A stretch of DNA of 64,000 nt from Magallana gigas. Lineage: Eukaryota. A program made the translations under genes and the position numbers. The notes under the pieces are model-generated. The model had not been told where the DNA came from. It worked only from the letters and a program-made list of their open reading frames with translations, and did not search any database. Below, piece by piece: positions 26,269 through 39,409 of the stretch (positions within the stretch are counted from its first letter, which is position 1; each line of letters starts with the position of its first letter). The stretch is taken from positions 17,298,001 through 17,362,000 of the forward strand of contig NC_088860.1 of the NCBI RefSeq assembly GCF_963853765.1. The letters run 5' to 3'.

Positions 26269-28879
26269 CGTTACCCGAAACGTCAGAAAAGTAGCGTTTG
26301 TTTAGAAATATATATATACACTATGGCTAAACAAGGTTGAAATATATCTATATATAATTTTATATCCTTTTTAAATTAAAAAAAAAATGTCGACTTAAGT
26401 TACGCAGACCCAGAAAATGTAAATGACAACCACATATTACCGGTGACTCGAGTGATTTGTTCTTGAGCTATTTATGTACCAATGAATAAACAAAAAATCA
26501 CTCATACATGTATGATGAATTGTAAATAAATACATGTACAAAATCTTAATGCATTAAATGCAAGCATTGAACGGAAAAAAAGTACACGCATTCCACAAAA
26601 TAACTTTCAACTTTATTTCCCGCATAGCTGGTAATGGCGTCGTGATTTCACATGAACAAGAATCACTCGTGCGAAACACGTGTACAGAAGCTGATCTTTG
26701 GTTCTATACACAACAGGTGTTATTGTCTTTCTTTGGTTTTTAGCAGTTCTTGTACTTTACAACTAACTCTATATATTTGCAATTGGACGCTTAAATAGGT
26801 GTACACGAGATGCCGGTATTCACACCTTTCCACGGGCACCTGTTAGGTCACTCATCACAATCTGTTGTGTGTATAGTCTGAATATATCTTACTTCTACTT
26901 TGTTAGTTTCGTGGCTTTTCTTAATCTCTAAAAAATAAAAGAACTGTCTGTAGATATACACACTAACAACTACACGTAAGACTATCGGCGCGTGGATCCG
27001 TGGAACAATTCAGCGACTCTATACATGCGGGATTTTCACAAATTAACTTGCGATAAAAATATCATTTACCGGGTACATTAATGTACCAAAAAAAAAAAAT
27101 GATTAATCAAATCATAAATAGTTGAATGAGATAACAAGTACGTGTAAGCACAAACACAGCTCTTTTAAAATTTATTTTCAATCTTATATGTGTGATGTGA
27201 AATAGCGTCGAAATTTTAACCGTCGAGATCAATCTATATGTACCATCGTCCGCTGTACAAACTTTTAGTCATTGTCACAGTGTTGAAATCGTTGTGAAAA
27301 CCATGAGTCTAAAATAAATGAATTCAATTCATACAAATAAAACTTGTGTGTTGATTATAATACTTAAATTAAAGTTTTATCACTGAACTTTAATTTATTA
27401 ATTTAAATTTCGCTTTAGGTTTCTATAGTTGGTCGTTTGAGCGGGATTTTATCTCAGGACTCCACGTGCTTCGCCTGTCAATCAGTTTAAGTATAACAGT
27501 ACAGATCGCGCCGCGTGCTACTTGGCTCCTCCTATATGGCTAGAAGAAAATTATCGAATGAAACGTTTTTGTTTTATGTTTTCTTATATCCCTATTGAAA
27601 CGAGTGTTCCTATTTTAAATTATTCAACAATAATTTCTCTCCGATTTCATGATTATAATTCATGTACTGGCGATCAGAGTAGTTTTCCCTCGCTGTCGTA
27701 TTATTATTGTTACTAGATAAATTCTTATATATTTATCACTTTTAACATTCATTTGTTGATTACCGGGTATTTTTTCGTGTCCTGTTTACAACAGGTATGT
27801 GTGTAAAAAGGTAAATAAAATATAAACAGGTTAGTCAGCAGTTGTAAAACGTCAGCTAAATCGCATGCATACACTGAAGAGCGGACACTTGTTCAACAGA
27901 ATGATAAATATCGCCATTATATAAATTAGAGTTATTGAATTGTTGTGTATATCCAGTTGTGTACATATCGTATGAAATATGTTACATGAACATGTATTAA
28001 TAGTTTAACGGAAAAACAAAAACTGATAGTCGAATTTTGACTATACACGCGATCTTAGTTCAGATAAGAGAGGCGATGACGGGTTAGATGTAGGTATGAT
28101 CTATGTATACAAACAAGTGCAGAAAATCATAGAATTAATATTTAAATGAATAAAAATTCGTGTCAAAAAACTATATAACAGTTGATTTCAAGATTTCTTA
28201 TCTATCCATTAATTTTACATCGTCTATTCACTAAGGCGATCGGCGATCGGCAATAGTACTACAGTAGTACGCAATAAAGAATGATCATACGAATTATGAA
28301 TAATAAAAACTAGCCGAGAATCAAGACAACGATAAAGGAAACTAAACAAAAAAAATATCGGAATAAAGTCGGGGCAATTTGTTATAGCCATTTTAAATGG
28401 ATTAGAAGTATTTAATGGACTTTCAACTCAAGAACATGTATAGAAATTAAAACTCGAGATGCTTTGTAAAATTATCGACAGCTCGCTGAATTAACAAAAA
28501 TATAGCGGATTGAAGTCAAACAGTTCTTTTAATCTATCTGAATGATTACATTAATCTAAATTAAATACTAATAATAACAGACTGATCAAAATTAAAATTA
28601 CCCCCACTTCCCAGTTGTCACTGAGTACACGGTTCATGCAACGTATCAAAAACGGGGAAACGGATCGGATGGACGTTCTGATTTTAAATAGATCGATTGA
28701 AATTCTTTTGTAATATATCATATAAAAAAAGAAAAATTCTTGTCATATTTACCACCTTGCTGAAGTAGATCGGGCAAAAACTAAACAAAATTATATGGAG
28801 AAAAATCAAAGCGTTCAGGCCACGCCTACCTCATTAATAAAGCGCGCAAACCGTTCACAAAGCGTGCAGCTATTTTTAG

Positions 28880-29025
28880 CAAAGCGTACCGTGCAAGAAG
28901 CGAACCGTTCCGTTCACAAAGCGTACCGTACCGTTCACAAAGCGAACCGTACCGTTCACAAAACGAACCGTACCGTTCACAAAACGAACCGTACCGTTCA
29001 TAAAGCGTAACGAACCGAACCGTGC
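28880..29025. repeat. 22-bp tandem array, right subterminal, same strand orientation as the left array
   Basis: Read directly from the sequence (CGTACCGTTCACAAA on the + strand at both ends). Confidence 0.9.
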
Positions 29026-31939
29026 AACCGGTGTAGTAGCACGTTTCAGGGTCTGTAACGCTGCTGTTCAAATTTGGTACTTTTTCACCAATGCGTAATG
29101 CGCATTGATGTTTTCCGGTCAATTTTTCCTTTGATACGTCGATCAATAAAAAAATTATTAAATTCAAATCTTAAATCAACGAATTGTCATATTTGGCGAT
29201 CTTGTGTCTGCAATGAAGGCCCTGATACTGCAAGTTAGCCATATAATGCTTGTTACATCTAATTAACCTTTGTAACCCTAAAGCCGTGTATGAATGAATG
29301 TATTATGCGTAAGCAATGCCTCATACTCAGGTGGGGGACTCAGAGACCCAGGACTCAGAGATTAAAAGCTGCATCCATACTCCATGATAGACAGTTTTGT
29401 TGCTTTATTTAGAAATAAAATATAACTCCGGAATTTGAACACTAAATGTTCACTCATGGTCATCGTAGATGGGCCGAACTACTCAGAACTGTCAATCATA
29501 AGTAAAATGTAATATTAATAATCCTCTGTAAAATAATGTTAAGGCGGATTTTTAATTTTTGGATTTAGAATTTTATATTAGATCTGTAATTTTTTGGCTA
29601 AAAATTTTATTTAGGATTTTAATTTGGATGTGGAATTAGAGATTTTGATTTAGATTTTGAATTAAAGATCTTTGATTTGGGCTGCTTTTAATTGATGTAA
29701 TTTTGACTATACGATCACGCTTGTTAATAAACTGCTTGTGAAAGAACTACTGGATTAGTGTTTACTAAGATTGAGACGCATCTCCAGGAGAGAACGAAGG
29801 TTGAAGGCTTACACACATGAAAAACAATGGTCCTCTTTTCTAGCAATGGTCTTTGTGTTTACCATTTCCACAAAATCATCACGCTAAGCAGATGAGCATT
29901 TCTGCATGGGGCAGAGTCAGCTTTTAAGGAAGGAGTCTTTTCTGGTTTTCGACTTGTCAAACGTAAATTTGATTAATTGTTCATTATATCAAGATGAAAG
30001 GAAATTAAAGTAGTATAATTTTCTTTCTTTATTACTATCATACAACTTGGCATAGAAATAGTAATCAATGTTTAGAGCTAACAAGGACTATATTATTGGC
30101 GGAATATTGGCGTAGGAAAATATCACATGTTTCGCAATTTAGAATTGCTGTAGATTAATGAGTCTGTTTTAGCATTTTTTTAAATAATAACATAATGTTG
30201 GGTTTTTTTAACTAACGTGAACTAAGAGATAGGATACTTGGGTTTCAGAATATGTTTTTAAAATGTGATTTGCAAATTACATTTTTATAAGCTTTTTAAA
30301 GTTCCCATTCTATACATTGATTTTTGTGAAAAAAAATCATTAAACTCAGTTTTTCTCTCTTATTAAATGGTCAATATAAAATCAGAAACATTTTAATATT
30401 GGAAGCATAAATAAAAAATAATCAAAATGTCTTCAAAATTTAAGAAAATTAGAGGAAATGCGGGCTTAGCAATATCAATTTTAGTTTAAATATTTATTCC
30501 AATTAAGTAGTATAAGCTGATACACATTCTGATATTTAATCATTTCATTGAAGGATAGAATCTTCATATCTTAAACAAATGTCTACATTACTGCAAAGAA
30601 CTACATTTAATTTTATCATCCTTAAGGAAGTTAAGGAAAATGTAGTGACCTTGACCTGACCTTTATGCAAAAACAAGGAGGTCAAATTTGATTAAACTGA
30701 TAGAATCATTTGGTTATATGATCTGTTACACTGTGTCAAAATTGAATGTGTTTCTTATTACAAGAAGTATGCTTGATATTGAGAAGACTCCTTTCTTAAG
30801 ATCTGCGCTCGCTCTTGCTTAATCATTTTTAAAGTGCTAAACATCATTAACTATAATAGAAATATTGAAAAATGAAATAAACCAACCCCCCCCCCTCCCA
30901 AAAAAAATTAAAAAGGCAAAGATATGGAAAAAAATGTATAAAATGTAAAATATAAAGTAGGCCTAGCAATATTATGTGTACCTGTATGTATAGTTTTACA
31001 TGAAAGCACTTGTATTGTTTTATAATGCAACTGTACATTCTAAAATCCTTTTTTGTTTTTTTTAATAAAATGACGAATTTGGTAAAAAAAAAAACTCAAC
31101 ATTTTTTCGTCATAGTATGGTCAGCTGAAGCCAAATAATACAATATTAACATTAATTGGTATCTTTTTGTTATTTATATCATCAATCAAAGAGTTTCTGG
31201 CAGAATAACATATGAACAATGAAAAAAAGAAATGAACACAGTCAGTCTTTATAAGAGTAACCACATTTAAGACATTAATCAGTTAGATTATGCTTTAACA
31301 AATATCTGCATTAAAGGTCTTGTTTACTCAGGGTTTTCAAATTTGGATTGTTATAAAGTTCAATTTGATGAGTAAAATTTGTTCTAAACAAAAAAAGAAT
31401 TTATGAAATGAATTATTATTGACAAAACATTCGATATTTTTACACTATTACGGAATTAGGCTCAAACAAAAATAGACTTTTAGCTTAACAGAGGAAATTC
31501 GGGCAAAATTTTGCAGATTTTGTTTTCCGCCAAACTTTTTTGGTAGTACTCTAATATTAAAAGTTAAGATTTTATATTTTAGTATATATCATATTGCATA
31601 TTTTCTGTTTTTACCTCATATTTTTCTTGATAAGGTCCCATTTGATCATAGGCACTTGTTTCGCTTTATAGTAATATTACAACACAAGATACCTTACTCC
31701 AAATTCTGGGAGTACCTCCTCCGGTAGATTGCTATCATTTTCCCTTTCACGGGAACAGCAGTGGACTAGTGTTAAATACCATTCTCTTTTAGGACAATTT
31801 ACCTACGAAATGATATATTGCATATGCTTGTCATTTTTTTTATTATTGTTTTCTTCAAGTTTGAATTTGTGTTCATTTCTAGTACAAATACCGGTATAGA
31901 ACTTAAAACAACTTTTTTCTTGATTTCGATAGGAACATA

Positions 31940-34900
31940 ATGGTCCTTCGCTGGGGAATCTGTGGAGCAGGGTTGATTTGTAATGATTTTGTGTCGGCAT
32001 TGTTAGCTCCTCCCAATAATGTTCATGAGGTAAATAAATAAGGTTATTGCTTATTGTATTATCAGTAATGTTTATGAGGCAATGAGGTAAATTTGTTTAC
32101 TGTATTACGGTAATATCAAGACTATAAATGACAACTATTTTTAGCATTATACTTAATTTTAAATCCTTGATGATTGTTAAAGGTAGTTTGCGTTGGAGCA
32201 AGATCATTAGCTAGAGCCCAAGAATTTGCTGACAGGTTTGGTATCAAGAAAGCCTATGGCTCATACGATGAAGCTGCCACTGATCCAAATGTTGGTAAGA
32301 TCTTACAAAGTTTATAACTTTGTTTAAACCCAATTGGAAAATGTTATGATATGTTTTGTCTTTTAAAAAATAGCTCTTTTATTGCATAGAAATTATTTTT
32401 TTTAAAAGATATTTAGAAAATATTAATTTGTGAAATGTCAAACATGTTACTATAATCAACTGCTCGGGTTTCAATTGGGCATTTTGGCTCAGCTAAGCAA
32501 TATGGCCCATGGGCCTCTTGATCCACCAACTCTTTTATTTTGAGCAAACATACTAGTAGTTCAAGGTAAAGGTAAGAGTTTTGCTTACCTAATTAATAAC
32601 AGATATTTCACTTTTCTGCTACGTTTCAAATTTATTTGGCAGTTTTTCTTCATGTAAATCTGGTAAAATATGTTTTTATGCTAATATTCCAAAATCATTC
32701 AGATGTTGTGTACATTGGTTTGATACCCTGTTACCATGTGAAGCTGTCCAAACAGATCCTAAAAGCAGGAAAAAATGTTCTGTGTGAAAAACCAGTAGCA
32801 AGTAGTTTGAATCAGTTTTTGGAGGTCCAGCAAGTGGCCAAAGACTGCAAACGCTTCTTCATGGAGGTAAAGGGAAATTTCCTCTTAGTAGTTAGATTAA
32901 CTGTAAAAGCGAAAATACATTGTATTTCTTGTGGATTAATTTTTGCTACTACTTCATTGATATCATTAATAAAGGACATTTTCAGTATGGTTAATTTTGA
33001 AGCACAAAAATTAAATCCCCTAAAAATTATATAAAATAACAAATCAACGAAATTTTAGCCCTGTCTAGATTTCTGCTTTTTCAATATTTAAAGTTAACTT
33101 AGTAGAGGGGGATGAAGATGGTTTACAAACTTTTTAGATATAACATTTCAACATTTAAATTTATATCATGTTCACATTCTCTTTAGGCAATTTGGAGCAG
33201 GTGCTTTCCAATTTATCGTAAAATCAAGGAGGAGATTCATTCTGGAAACCTTGGGGAAATCCAGCATGTACAATGCCAGTTTTGTTATACTGTGGTTGAA
33301 ACGATTCGCTTTAAAAAGCCTGAGCTAGGGAGAGGAGGTCTGCATGAATTTGGAATTTACACAATCCAGCTAGCTACAATGGTATTTAACAATGAAAAGC
33401 CCTTGAAAATCACAGCTGATGCTTCATTTTCTGATGAAGGTTTGTCATATTACATGTACATGTACCGATATACTGGTATTTCACTTCACATGCAGAATTC
33501 TTTACAAAAGAAAATTGGTTGAAGTAACAATTATGAATATTCGCTTTTCAGCCATTTATTTACTGAAAAAAAATTAAAAGACATGTAAAACAAAATGGAC
33601 TTTAAAAGGTAAATTTTGATTGAAAATCTGTAGGAGTGGATCAAAATGGCTGTATGACCTTAACCTACAAGAATGGCGGTAAAGCAGTGCTCGTCTACAG
33701 TACACTGTTTCAAGGAAAGAATTCAGCAATAATATATGGTTCAAAGGGAAAAATAGAGGTGAGACATCTGATTTTTTCAGAACTTATGAAGAAAGCAAAA
33801 GGCACTCAAACTTTCTGTGCTGTCACTATCGTTTCAAGTTTTGGTTGAACTTTAATTGGTATACTGGTATCTATCTTTCAGATTAGAGTCTATAGACTTG
33901 TTCAAGATATCTCGAGTACATTTACTATGGATTGGTTGAAATAAGTTTTAAGTCCCAAATCCTATATATTAATTTTGATAAATTTTAAAAATATTGGTAA
34001 CTCATTCTGGGTATCTTTGGATTCTGTAAACCATGCACATATATTATTACATTTTAATAAATGCAAATCTCCAGCCAACAATTAGCTGTAGATGGGTACA
34101 TGTAGCTCTGTGGAAAATTCTTTTTACAGTCTTTACTTGAAAAATACGTTTTGATTTATCAATCTAATGTTCTAACACAAACTTTTGTAGTGGTAATATG
34201 TTATGCGAAATTATTCGTCAAACAATCTCACTACCTGTTTTAACGCTACTTCACTTGCCTGTGAAATTCTTTTATAAACACCCTCATCAACCCTGTAAGT
34301 AAGAGAGCCATTTGTTCACATGTAAAAATGGTGACTTAGGATCCGCCGATAAATTGAACACAAGTCTATTTCAGAGGCTGTTGCTGGTTTTTAAGCGAAT
34401 TCAATGTCTGAGTCAAGTTAAGTGATAGAAAGTTAAATATCTACCGGTACTGTAGAATTTTTTGCATGAAATATTTACTCAAAACCTGTTATGTGGACAT
34501 TAGGTGAAAGGGAAACATCAGCACCAGTTTTTGAAGGCCAAAAATTGAACTTGCAGGTTTTTTCATGCAAGAATTGGTAACTTTTAAGGTCGGTCAGTCT
34601 GACTTTTCCAGAATAGAGCTACAGATCTGCATGCAGCTAATTAAGAATTTCAGTACCAACCTATCAAGATAACAAGGCTTGCCTTTATTATAATGTTTAG
34701 TTTTTGCTGGAAAGCCAGTGAATATGAAAATATGAATGCTCTTAAATCTTTTAGATCGATGAACCCTTCTGGGCCCCAGCCTCAGCAAATCTGCCGTCGG
34801 GTAAGATAACCAATGAAATACCCTGTGGTCCAGCTCCATACAACTTTCCCAACAGTGGGGGTCTGCGGTATGAGGCCGACTGTGTCAAGACATGTCTTGA

Positions 34901-36914
34901 AGCAGGTAAAGTATACAATGACAGCCTGATCATCCATGGCGACCAAGCTTACTCCTTTTTAGCTCACTGAGAGGAAGTTAGGGGGAGCTGATGCTATTCC
35001 CTCGGCGTTGGCTTCGGCATCCAGACCTGGTTAAACTTTTTTGGATCAGGTCCTGTATCTAAGTTATTACTTATCCTATCTCCACCAAAATTGCAAGGAT
35101 GATGCATCTTGGCCTACCTATAGACCTGAAAGACTTGGATGCTGAATCTGGGCCATGAATGTCAGATGCTGGAGAAGATTTGGGTGTTTTAAAAGAGCTG
35201 GTTTATGGTTTTTTTTAGGCAAGTACCATTTGATGGGAAGATACACATGGTCCTATCTTCAACAAACTTGCATGGATTGTGCATTTTGTGATAATAATGC
35301 ACTCCATAGCCTTGGATGCTGAATCTGAGCCATAGGTTTCGGATGCTAGATGAGGTTAAGGTTTATGGAGCTTAGTTAATGCTTTAGGAGCGTTGCCTTT
35401 TGATGACCATATCTCAGTTACAGCTGGTCTTATCTTCACCATACTTGCACGGATGGTGTGTTTTATGATACATACCCACTTGACAGGCTTAAATGAGCCA
35501 AAGGTTTCAAATGTGGAGGAGATTAAGGTGCTTGGAGCTGGGTAAAGTTTTAGGAGCAGGTGCCCTTTGATGACTATACCGTATAACGCGCGTTACTTAA
35601 TTTGTATACACACACCGCTGCAGTTATGATACCGTATACATGTACTTAAAAAATTCATGATTCCGTGCTATAATATTTGCACCCCTGATATTATTAGTTA
35701 AACGGTTTGTAGTTGACCGAATATGGTTTATACATGGTCAGTAACTTTCTGATGGGGCAAGAGCGGAGCGCAAGCCCCCGTATGGAATTTACTGACCATG
35801 TATTAACCATATTCGGTCAACTACAAACCGTGTAACTTTTATATCTTACCGACTGTCTTTTTTAAAAAAAGTAAATAAAACAATGGAAATCAAGCTTTGG
35901 ATTGGATAATAATATTACAAGTTTGAATTTGAGTACAAAACCAGACGTCATAATGCCTTAAAATGACGTCGTAATGCTTGAAGGGGGTATAATATTTTCT
36001 TCTGACTATGTATGGAATATACATAGTCTCCACGTAAAATTTAGCAGGAGGTAAGATATGAACGGTGGCACGCGTTCTTATCACACCACCCGTATCATCA
36101 ACCTTTATTTCACCCTTTATCACAACCTTTATTACACCTTTCCTGAACACCTTTCACTTTTTATTCGGATTACTTCGGACCTTATTCTATTTTTCTCTGC
36201 ATATCTGAAGTCGAAACTATGACGTCACGTTTGAAACATTTCATTATAGATGACGTCACAGTATATTTGAACGTCGAAAATATGCAGTTTTGAGATAGAA
36301 AGAAAAAATATGTAAAAGTTTTTCCCACATCAAAATGAAAACTAGCTTTCTAAATTCAAGTATATAATAAAAACAACAATGCATGTGAAAATCTGCACCA
36401 CATCTTATATAACTTAGTCTAGAAGAAAATAAATCATATGATATCTTTTGGATACACTTGAAAGTTATTATAGGTGTAAGAGATACCTGTAAAAAATATC
36501 TTGGTGCCTTGACAAAGGGGCAACTCGGTAAATGAAAGAGAAATATGTTATTTAAAAAGTGATGTAAGCTATTATATACAAGTATGAATTCCAAAATGTT
36601 GTCGCATACATATTTTTAGTTGCATCAGTCAATGCATGCCAAAGGTTTACAATACACTCCTCTCTTGTAAAAAAGATTTGTGGATCTAGCACCCTGGCTT
36701 TTGAAGAAGGCATCCACATAATCTTTACTTTATGCCCTGTAGATCTGCAATATTTAAGAGTTTGAGTTGTTAGGTGAATTCAAATCTTTTAATATTTATC
36801 AATATCTTGGTAGGAAATTTGGAGTGCAGTGAAGTGACCTTCGCTGAGAGTCAGGCTATTTACCAGATCATTGATGAAGTGGTGAGACTAACGGGAATTA
36901 ATGTTCAATGGTGA
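31940..36914 (+). CDS. DHDH: DHDH-like dehydrogenase copy 2, open reading frame of 331 aa
   Basis: Exons 31940-32029, 32183-32294, 32703-32866, 33187-33439, 33634-33758, 34755-34905 and 36814-36914. All GT-AG, 996 nt including the stop, no internal stop found. Confidence 0.92.
34956..35577. mobile_element. HINE-like element with about 177-bp repeats, orthologous to 13556-14540
   Basis: Same insertion site just after exon 6 and high sequence similarity to the copy 1 element. Confidence 0.6.
35700..36265. mobile_element. Hairpin-headed element (palindrome at 35702-35831, GCGGAGC apex)
   Basis: ACGGTTTGTAGTTGACCGAATATGGTT...AACCATATTCGGTCAACTACAAACCGT. The right boundary is approximate. Confidence 0.6.
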
Positions 36915-37299
36915 ATAGAAGCTTTCTGATTCTGAATGGTAAGTATGTCAATGAGAGACTCAGACCATGTCATGTTTGATAATCGGTATGTCTTTTTGTG
37001 CTTAATAAGTAAGCTATTGGTATGCTGATAATCTTGGTGAGATATCTAAAATTATATCTATCTTTTCTCTTTAATAGATTTTTCCAACTGTCTCCGGGGA
37101 GTTTTTTTTTTAAACCCAATGAAGAGTTCATCAGTATAAACTGTATGAATGTGGTGCTAGATAAATACCTGCAAATGACACACACATGAAATTTATCGAT
37201 TATTGATGCTTATAATATAAGATTTACATGTATTTGTGACTATAAACAATTAATGAATATTCAATTATTTATTATTCTTAATAATTTAATTATACATAT

Positions 37300-37850
37300 T
37301 TATTTGTTTTATACGAAATAAAATGGTTTGGGACAGTTTCCGCTTTATAAACCGCGAAGCGGTTTATAAGAAAGCGTAAATTGTTTCAAACCATTTTATA
37401 TCGTATAAAGCTACTGTGGTTTCATCAATATTCGTTGAATACCAATTTTCGTGGATTTCATTGTTTAGTTGATCCACGAAATTAAATGTTCATTGAAGTG
37501 CAATTTTTATTAACATTAATAGGGTCATTGGCCACGAATTTACGTATCCTTGAAACTTATTTTCACTTTATCCACGAAAATTGATGCCCTTGAAAATTAA
37601 TGAAACCACAGTAAATTAAATAAATATTGAATTCATTGCTTATAATTTAACTTGTTTACTCTTCATTGTAGATAAAACGGTCATTTGACCTTTAAAATGA
37701 CGTAAAATTGTACAAAATTCAAACGTTACGTCAGGCGTATTGATACGTTTTTGACGTTAGTCTTACTATGACGTAGGCAACATTCTTTATACGATATAAA
37801 ATAATATCTTAGCCATTCAGAAAGTGCATTACAACCAGAATTAAATTATT
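37300..37850. mobile_element. Hairpin-headed element (palindrome at 37308-37409, GCGAAGC apex) containing a nested MITE
   Basis: TTTATACGAAATAAAATGGTTTG...CAAACCATTTTATATCGTATAAA with tail GCCATTCAGAAAGTGCATTACAACC. Absent from the paralogous 3' flanks near 18725 and 48710. Confidence 0.65.
37412..37613. mobile_element. TA-flanked MITE (Tc1/mariner-like target site)
   Basis: TACTGTGGTTTCAT ... ATGAAACCACAGTA perfect inverted ends, about 200 bp. Confidence 0.75.
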
Positions 37851-38579
37851 TGTTTATGATTAAGGTGCTAATTTTTTTTACAAACATGTATTTACTGTGT
37901 GATTTATTTACTACTTGATGTGATTTGTTTACTACTTGATATCTACTTTTAAAATGTTTGATATATGCAGGTTATTATGTAAAGCTTTATAAAATTTTAT
38001 TAACACAACTTGTTGATACAGTTGTCTTTTATTTTCAAGAAAGAAAAATTGGTTAAATATAGCAAGAATTTTATTAAATTGCCAACACTGATTAATTTAG
38101 CAGTGGTTCAAACCAAACTAGAGGTACTGTGGGCAAGCTCACAATTGATACGGTATTACCCCCCGCTAAGAAAAAATCATAACGCGTGTATTTTTGCTAT
38201 TATAGAAAATATTGGATGAATCTATTTCACTGTCCATTTTCTATAAGTAACAACTGCTCTATTTTTTAAAACAGTTAATGCTAATAGGAGTAAACAAACC
38301 AATTTCTATCCTTTAATTCCATTTTATTTTAAGTTAACTTTTAATGCATGAGGACATTTGCATCCTTCCGTTAACAACCATGACTCGAATCAAACGAAAT
38401 CCACATGTCAAGCAGCCATTTAATATTTAAACATTTTGAATTATTGGTATACTGAGCCCAATTTTTTCCGAAATTTTTTTTCCACACATTTTTTTCCCCC
38501 AAAAAAATTTCATCGGGGCAGGCCATTCTGAGAGAGACGGGGATGAGAATTTTAAAATGATTTTATGTGGCCTGAGAAG

Positions 38580-39141
38580 AGCAAGCTTTGTGTCAAATTT
38601 TAGCTTCTAATATTTCCATTAATACAAGACATGGCAGAGACAGAATTTTTGGAACAATGACCTTGAACTTCCTCAATTGACCTTTGCTTAAGGTCATGAC
38701 ACACCCTTTGGTCATAAGCAATATTTGTGTGAAATAAGAACATTCAATGCTTCTCAATAAGGAAGATATGGACCGGACACGAATTTTGGACTTTTTCTGC
38801 CAGTGACCTTTACCTTGCCCGAATGACCTTGGGTCAAGGTCATGACACATCCTTAGGTCATAAGCAATCTTTGTGTGAAGTAAGAACTTCCAATGTTTCT
38901 CCATAAGAAAGATATGGACCGGACACGAATTTTGCATTTTTTCTGCCAGTGACCTTGACCTTGCCCGAATGACCTTGGGTCAGAGTCATGACACACCCTT
39001 AGGTCATAAGCAATCTTTGTGTGAAGTAAGAACTTACAATGTTTCTCCATAAGAAAGATATGGACCGGACACGATTGCACAGACAGACAGACGGACGGAC
39101 GAACGGACAGACAAGGTGATTCTTTGTAGGGGGGGTATAAT
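38580..39141. mobile_element. HINE-like element with 146-bp tandem units and an (ACAG/ACGG) microsatellite
   Basis: The unit marker GACACA(C/T)CCTT recurs at 38698, 38844 and 38990, followed by ACAGACAGACGGACGGAC. Confidence 0.75.
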
Positions 39142-39409
39142 AATAGCGTTAGGCCTATAATGGTGTAGAACTATTAAATGCACGTAGGTAAATAATTTAA
39201 TATTTTAAAGTATCTCACCAACACTTGTCTACGACGGCGAATAAGTGCCATTTCACAAATTAATACAAATAAATCAAATTCGTTTGTACTATTTTTTAAA
39301 TCGTTAGAACGATTTAGAAAATCGTAAGAACGATTTAGAAAATCGTTAGAAAGAATTAGAAAATCATTTGGACGATTTAGAAAATTGTTTGTATTTCTAT
39401 GTTAAACTT

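Larger units (their letters stand above)
25632..29055. mobile_element. 3.4-kb non-autonomous TIR DNA element (perfect 26-bp TIRs, TA target duplication)
   Basis: CAGACCCTGAAACGTGCTACTACACC at 25632-25657 and its exact reverse complement at 29030-29055, with TA on both sides. Subterminal 22-bp repeat arrays. No transposase ORF seen. Confidence 0.85.

Noticed and set aside
25661-29025. 22-bp repeat arrays as CRISPR arrays
   Set aside because: The units are contiguous with no unique spacers, there are no cas genes, and the arrays are subterminal to a eukaryotic TIR element.
25595-29167. Repetitive ORFs (CERYGSF.., RTVHKTN..) as proteins
   Set aside because: They are translations of the 22-bp tandem repeat on both strands, with no coding context.
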